DNA of 64,000 nucleotides from an archaeon (GTDB lineage Archaea; Nanobdellota; Nanobdellia; SCGC-AAA011-G17; GW2011-AR17): NCBI GenBank assembly GCA_018656555.1, contig JABHZQ010000020.1, positions 10,764 to 74,763 of the forward strand, read 5' to 3'. Shown piece by piece: positions 59,186 to 64,000 of this stretch (position 1 is its first letter; each line of letters starts with the position of its first letter). The notes under the pieces were generated by a model. It saw only the letters and a program-made list of their open reading frames with translations, ran no database searches and was not told where the DNA came from. The position numbers and the translations under genes were made by a program.

Positions 59186-60196
59186 ATGAAATATTCAAAA
59201 GAAGAGTACATTGGAATAGGAAAAGTCCCAATAGGAATTGGTGCTATTATTAATGGATGGAATGTTTCTGAAAAACATTATAGAAATCCTGAATTTCTTT
59301 CTGTTGTTGATTTTAGAGCAATGACTCCTGCTTGTCAATGGGACTGTTTTCATTGTTTTACAGATAAATTAAAGAAAACCTTGACTTTAGAAAAAATAAA
59401 GGAAATTATTGATCAGTTAGCTGAAATGAAAACTCAAGGTATTGATTATGTAGGGGAAGGTGAACCAACGTTAGATAAAGATTTTTTTGATATTATTGAA
59501 TATACTCAATCCCAGGGAATTCAATCAATTATATTTACTGATGGTGCTACAAAATTAAGGAATAGAGAGTTTGTGAAAAGATTGTATAAATCTGGTGCTA
59601 GTGTCTGTTTGAAAGGAGATAGTTTGTGGAATTCAGAATATCAGAACTTTGTTGTGGGCGATGATAAAAAAATATATTTTGATCAAAGAAATGAAGCTGT
59701 AAAATTATTGGCTGAAGAAGGATTTAACAAGAAAAATGAAGATGGAACTACTAGAATGGGCTTTGATATGGTAGTTTCAAGAAAAAATATGGATGAAGTT
59801 GAAAAGACCTTAAGATATTGTAGAGAAAATAATTTTTGGATTGTTTTTGCTTTTTACTTGCCTGCTGGAAGGAGTGGTATGGAAGAATTTGATAAAGAGT
59901 TGTTATTGACTAGAGAAGAGAAAATTAAAATTTGTAATATGATAAAAGAAATAGATGAAAAAGATTATGGTTTTAAGCATGTTTTAGTTAATAATTTTGC
60001 TACAATTCCTTGTATAGAATTTATACAGATCTATGGAGACGGTAGAGTTAGTCCTTGTCCGGGGAATGAAACTATAATTGGGAATCTTAATTCTGAAACA
60101 CTTAAGGAATTAAAAGAAAAGATTATTAAAAAATTTCCAGTTCATGATAAGAAAACCTTTGATGGTAACTGTCCTTATAGGGAAAAAGTAAATTAA
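59186..60196 (+). CDS. radical SAM protein with C-terminal Cys-containing auxiliary (SPASM/twitch-like) region
   Basis: CQWDCFHCF (CxxxCxxC); C-terminal C...CPGNETIIGN...GNCPY. Confidence 0.7.
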   Translation: MKYSKEEYIGIGKVPIGIGAIINGWNVSEKHYRNPEFLSVVDFRAMTPACQWDCFHCFTDKLKKTLTLEKIKEIIDQLAEMKTQGIDYVGEGEPTLDKDFFDIIEYTQSQGIQSIIFTDGATKLRNREFVKRLYKSGASVCLKGDSLWNSEYQNFVVGDDKKIYFDQRNEAVKLLAEEGFNKKNEDGTTRMGFDMVVSRKNMDEVEKTLRYCRENNFWIVFAFYLPAGRSGMEEFDKELLLTREEKIKICNMIKEIDEKDYGFKHVLVNNFATIPCIEFIQIYGDGRVSPCPGNETIIGNLNSETLKELKEKIIKKFPVHDKKTFDGNCPYREKVN

Positions 60197-60199
60197 AGT

Positions 60200-61381
60200 T
60201 TAGATATCTTTGGCAAATAGAACTGCATTACTTATATCTAGAGGATGAACAGGGTGAGTATGATCTGCTATTTCAATATAACCATTATCTCTAAAAAATG
60301 TTCCTCTGTTATGTTGGACTCCCTCTTTTCTAAAATCTGTTTCTGTTTCAAAATGAACAAGACTTGTTCCATATCTTGTTTTGAATAATTCTTCAGCTGT
60401 TTCAAGTACTCTGGAACCTAATCCTTGCCCTCTTAATCTTTGAGCTTCATCATCTGGAATAAATCTTGTAAATCCTTCACCAATATAAAAACCATCAGCA
60501 AGAATTCTGTCTGCTATTCTTCTAAAATATAAGAATCCAACCTCTCTTTCACCTTCATCTAATTCTGTTACAATAATTCTCCCTCTACCACTTCTATTTT
60601 CTAATAATCTTGCTAAACATATTTTATCTTTATCATAAGGGTGAGTATAAATTCCAACAACTGGAAGTTCTCCTATTGCTATAAACTTATCATTAGCTAA
60701 AAATGTTTGATCTTCTCTTTCTAATAGTGTTGGTTCTGTTAAAGGAGAAGAGAGTGAATATCTTTTTACTGCACTATGTTTTATATGGCCTTGAACTATT
60801 TTTGCTCTTTTCTTTGTAATATCTAATTTTCCTATTCCTAAATCCTCTGGAGATAAACCACCATAAGCTTTTTTTTGCTTTCCTTCTACTGCAATTACAT
60901 GATATCTATAATTGATAATACTTAGTCCTATTCTTATAACTAATTGGGCTAATTGATTTCTTTCATTATTTAATTCTATTAAATCTCTTACGTCTTCCCC
61001 TACAACTAAATTACCAGATAAAAATCCTTTATTTCTTGATTTTGAAACACTTGCACCACCTATGTTTCTATATACTCCATCTACAAGTTCAATAAGATTA
61101 AGTGTTCCTTCTATATTGTAATTTCTGGTAAGATCATTTTCAAATCTATAATCATCATTTAATTGAGCTATTACTAAAGAACTACCTGTACTTATGATTC
61201 CATATGTTGGATTTGAGTTTGGAATATAATACCTATTTCCTTCAAGTTTAAGAGTTACTGCTCTTTCTAAAGGTAAACCTTCTACTTTTACTAATTTAGG
61301 TCTATCTTCCATCAATTCTAGGCTTAAAGTCTTTGTTTTCATGGATGGAAAGGTATTTAAATGATTTATAAGTTTTACCAT
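60200..61381 (-). CDS. GNAT acetyltransferase-domain protein with unknown N-terminal domain
   Basis: C-terminal RLRGQGLGSRVLE (GNAT motif A). Confidence 0.55.
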   Translation of the reverse strand: MVKLINHLNTFPSMKTKTLSLELMEDRPKLVKVEGLPLERAVTLKLEGNRYYIPNSNPTYGIISTGSSLVIAQLNDDYRFENDLTRNYNIEGTLNLIELVDGVYRNIGGASVSKSRNKGFLSGNLVVGEDVRDLIELNNERNQLAQLVIRIGLSIINYRYHVIAVEGKQKKAYGGLSPEDLGIGKLDITKKRAKIVQGHIKHSAVKRYSLSSPLTEPTLLEREDQTFLANDKFIAIGELPVVGIYTHPYDKDKICLARLLENRSGRGRIIVTELDEGEREVGFLYFRRIADRILADGFYIGEGFTRFIPDDEAQRLRGQGLGSRVLETAEELFKTRYGTSLVHFETETDFRKEGVQHNRGTFFRDNGYIEIADHTHPVHPLDISNAVLFAKDI

Positions 61382-61394
61382 TATTAGGTAGTAA

Positions 61395-62480
61395 ATGGCT
61401 TTAAATCAGAAAATGCAGTGGCTTTTGGACCAAAGAGAGATGAGATCAACTACTTCTGTCTTGGGATTTGATATAATCATAACTCCAGATAGAAGAGTTA
61501 AGATTGTTGAGATTAATGGTGCAAATTCTGGTTCAAGTGGTTTAAAGAAGTTATCTGGAGGAGAGAGGGATATTTATGGAGAGATGTTTGAATACATCGG
61601 GTCTTTTTCTCCTAAAATTTATACTGCCGGAAAACTTCAAAATTCTAAATTATCTTCTTTTGTTGCTGAACTTGATTTAAATCATGCTTTTAGGGAAGGA
61701 GTATTTAGACAAATTGTTCCTAAAGATAGATCTAGGTTTGTTTTGCCAAGGGTACCTGAAGAACAAAATATTGAAGCAGTTATTTGGAATCATTTGGGAG
61801 ATAGGGCTATTTTTGATGAAGATCGTTTTATTGTAATTAATCCTTATGCTATTGAAAGAGCGACAGGATCTAAAGATGTTATGGATGTTTTATTTAATGG
61901 TGATTTTGGTTTAAGACCTTTGACCCATAGTATTTTGGTTGCTAATGAGGAACAGCTTGTTTTAGAACAAATTGCTGAATCTAAATCTGATTATTTTGTT
62001 ATAAAACCTACTGATGGTATTCAAGGTAGGAAAGTTAAGATATTTTCTAAACAGGATGTTCTTGATCGAGGTGCTGTTGAACTTTATAGGAGTATTGAAG
62101 ATGGGCCTTATCATGAACCTAATTTGATTTTAGAAGAATTAATTCCTTCTCAGGAAATCTATTCTGATAAAACTGGGAATAATCATTTTGGTTGTATGAG
62201 GTATTTAGTTGTTGTTAATAGTGATGATGGAGATATGTCTATAAAACATTTTGGTGGTTATTGGAGACTTTCTCCTAAAAGTATTGCTAGTGGTGATTTA
62301 GCTGGAAGATTGATTGCTAATTATTCAAATGGTGCAATTCCTGAATTTGTTAGTGAGGAAGATCTTGCTTTGGTTAGTGGGGTTGTTGATGAATTCCTTC
62401 CTGTTTTGTATAAAAGATTACTTAGATTACCTCTAAATGAAAGACCAGATGATTTGAAATTAATTGATTATTGTTATTAA
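61395..62480 (+). CDS. ATP-grasp-like protein (low confidence)
   Basis: YFVIKPTDGIQGRKVKIF and VKIVEINGANSG are ATP-grasp-like but in atypical order. Confidence 0.4.
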   Translation: MALNQKMQWLLDQREMRSTTSVLGFDIIITPDRRVKIVEINGANSGSSGLKKLSGGERDIYGEMFEYIGSFSPKIYTAGKLQNSKLSSFVAELDLNHAFREGVFRQIVPKDRSRFVLPRVPEEQNIEAVIWNHLGDRAIFDEDRFIVINPYAIERATGSKDVMDVLFNGDFGLRPLTHSILVANEEQLVLEQIAESKSDYFVIKPTDGIQGRKVKIFSKQDVLDRGAVELYRSIEDGPYHEPNLILEELIPSQEIYSDKTGNNHFGCMRYLVVVNSDDGDMSIKHFGGYWRLSPKSIASGDLAGRLIANYSNGAIPEFVSEEDLALVSGVVDEFLPVLYKRLLRLPLNERPDDLKLIDYCY

Positions 62481-62647
62481 AGTTTAAATCCAGTAAGATA
62501 TTCTCTAATATTATCTAATTCCTTTTGGATTGCTTGACCTTCTGTTTTCTTTCCTTCTTTGATTTCTTGGAGTAAATCTTCATAGCATGATTCTACAAAC
62601 ATTAATAATCCATTTATTGCTTTTTGACTAAATCCTGATGGTGGCAT
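62477..62647 (-). CDS. small protein (56 aa), not in the ORF track
   Basis: MPPSGFSQKAINGLLMFVESCYEDLLQEIKEGKKTEGQAIQKELDNIREYLTGFKL; strong SD AGGAGGT 6 nt upstream on the minus strand. Confidence 0.4.
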   Translation of the reverse strand: MPPSGFSQKAINGLLMFVESCYEDLLQEIKEGKKTEGQAIQKELDNIREYLTGFKL

Positions 62648-62713
62648 TTTCTTTGACCTCCTATAATCTTGTTTTAACCAAAAGGTTTTTATATATTATC
62701 TCCCCTGTACAGA

Positions 62714-63463
62714 GTGTATATGTATAAGGAAAAGTTAGAAGAATTGGGATTGACTTCAGGAGAGTCAAAGGTTTACGAGGCTTTACTAGTGTTGGGGCCC
62801 TCTACTGTTGGTCCTGTTGTTAAGAAATCTAATGTAGCTTATTCAAATATTTATGAAATTCTTAATAGACTGTTAGATAAGGGTTTGGTTAGTTTTATTG
62901 TAAAGCAGAAGACTAAGTATTTTCAAGCTGAGGATATTAATAGAATTAAGGATTATTTAGTATTACAAGAAAAGGAGTTAGAGAAGAAGAAAAAGATATT
63001 TGAGGATATTCAACCCAAGTTAGAAAGATTAGGGTTTGATAAGAAGAAAGAAGAGGCAGAGATCTTTGTTGGGGAAAAAGGATTAATGACTGCTTATGAG
63101 AAGTTGTTGAAAGGATCTGACAAAAAAGATAGAGGTTATTTTTTCTATGTTCATGATGAAGAGTATTATGAGAAAGCTGAGAAGTTTTATGTTAAGTCTT
63201 GGCATTTGATGAGGAAGTATAAAAGTAAGTGGAAAGGAATAAGTACTGTTGATTTTAAGAAGACTAAATTGGTTAAGAGATATCCTTCTTTTGTTGAACA
63301 GAGATATGTTCCTTTTCCAGTTCCAGGTAATATTGATTTTATTAATGATAAGGTTTTGATTACTACTTGGAAGAATCCAGTGGGAATATTAATTCATTCT
63401 AAAGAAATAGTTGAGAGTTATAGATCTTATTTTGAGTCTGTTTGGAAGTTGGCTAAGAAGTAA
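62714..63463 (+). CDS. TrmB-like transcriptional regulator
   Basis: N-terminal wHTH GLTSGESKVYEALLVLGPSTVGPVVKKSNVAYSNIYEILNRLLDKGLV. Confidence 0.6.
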   Translation: MYMYKEKLEELGLTSGESKVYEALLVLGPSTVGPVVKKSNVAYSNIYEILNRLLDKGLVSFIVKQKTKYFQAEDINRIKDYLVLQEKELEKKKKIFEDIQPKLERLGFDKKKEEAEIFVGEKGLMTAYEKLLKGSDKKDRGYFFYVHDEEYYEKAEKFYVKSWHLMRKYKSKWKGISTVDFKKTKLVKRYPSFVEQRYVPFPVPGNIDFINDKVLITTWKNPVGILIHSKEIVESYRSYFESVWKLAKK

Positions 63464-63523
63464 TTACATTAAATCAATAGAATCTGCAAAAGCTTTATAA
63501 CATTTTGAACTAATTTTATTTAT

Positions 63524-63958
63524 ATGGAAAGAGCTTATTTTAGGTCTATGTCTAAAAGAGAGTATAATAAATGGAAAAGAAAAGGTGGGATTGCTGTTGG
63601 AACAGAGTGGACTGAATTAATGCTTTCTAAAACAGTAAAAGGTTATCCCTTAAGTGAACTCAAGACTTGGGTTGACGAAGGTAAAAATGAATGGGGCCCA
63701 CATGATGTGGTAATAGAGGTTACTAGTTCTGATGCTTTAGAGTTTGATTATGCTACAAGAGGAGATAGGTTTGGTCATGAGACTGATGAATTGATGCAAC
63801 CTTTGAGGTATAGAAATCTTAGAGCTATTGGATTCAAAAGAGTTAGGGTTATTTATGATCCAAGAGGATTAGTTTCTAAAGAACCAGTTTTAGAGTTAAA
63901 TGAGATGGTTAAAGGATTTTCTTTATGGGGTTGGGTTAAGGGTTGGTTTGGTAAGTAA
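63524..63958 (+). CDS. hypothetical protein
   Basis: 144 aa. Confidence 0.35.
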   Translation: MERAYFRSMSKREYNKWKRKGGIAVGTEWTELMLSKTVKGYPLSELKTWVDEGKNEWGPHDVVIEVTSSDALEFDYATRGDRFGHETDELMQPLRYRNLRAIGFKRVRVIYDPRGLVSKEPVLELNEMVKGFSLWGWVKGWFGK

Positions 63959-64000
63959 GTTTAAAATAAAAAAATTAAAATTTTAGTAAAGTAAAACCAA

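Overview
The window is an AT-rich (roughly 30% GC by eye) archaeal contig, probably from a DPANN-type lineage. The archaeal assignment rests on a minus-strand 16S-tRNA(Ala)-23S rRNA operon with archaeal 16S signatures and no linked 5S, tRNA genes without encoded CCA, an intron-containing tRNA, archaeal-type PheRS alpha/beta and S-adenosylmethionine synthetase, TrmB regulators, a presenilin homolog, a Sec11-type signal peptidase and a Dph2-like fragment.

Three regions stand out:
1. A ~12.6 kb integrated mobile element (15801-28452) sits in the 3' end of the intron-containing tRNA, bounded by a 14-bp perfect direct repeat. It carries an intact tyrosine integrase, a PrimPol-helicase replication protein, iteron-like repeats and a terminase large subunit, but no recognisable capsid or portal genes. 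A minus-strand cargo block encodes secreted and membrane proteins behind near-identical promoter cassettes, including a superinfection-immunity homolog, an Excalibur lipoprotein and two HNH endonucleases. One HNH is membrane-anchored with a defensin-like 6-Cys ectodomain.
2. A bona fide bacterial-type sigma-70 gene (29063-29956) with host-like codon usage lies just outside the element.
3. A compact cluster of three radical-SAM enzymes, a DUF5320-like Gly/Cys-rich small protein, a DUF134 regulator, a GIY-YIG protein, a GNAT protein and an ATP-grasp-like protein (55.5-62.5 kb) looks like an uncharacterised peptide- or cofactor-modification system.

Other notable genes are a type IB topoisomerase, a free-standing LAGLIDADG homing endonuclease next to the tRNA att site, and a 250-aa secreted acidic protein with about 40 cysteines. 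ORFs predicted inside the rRNA genes, and antisense ORFs nested inside longer genes, are spurious. No CRISPR array was seen.
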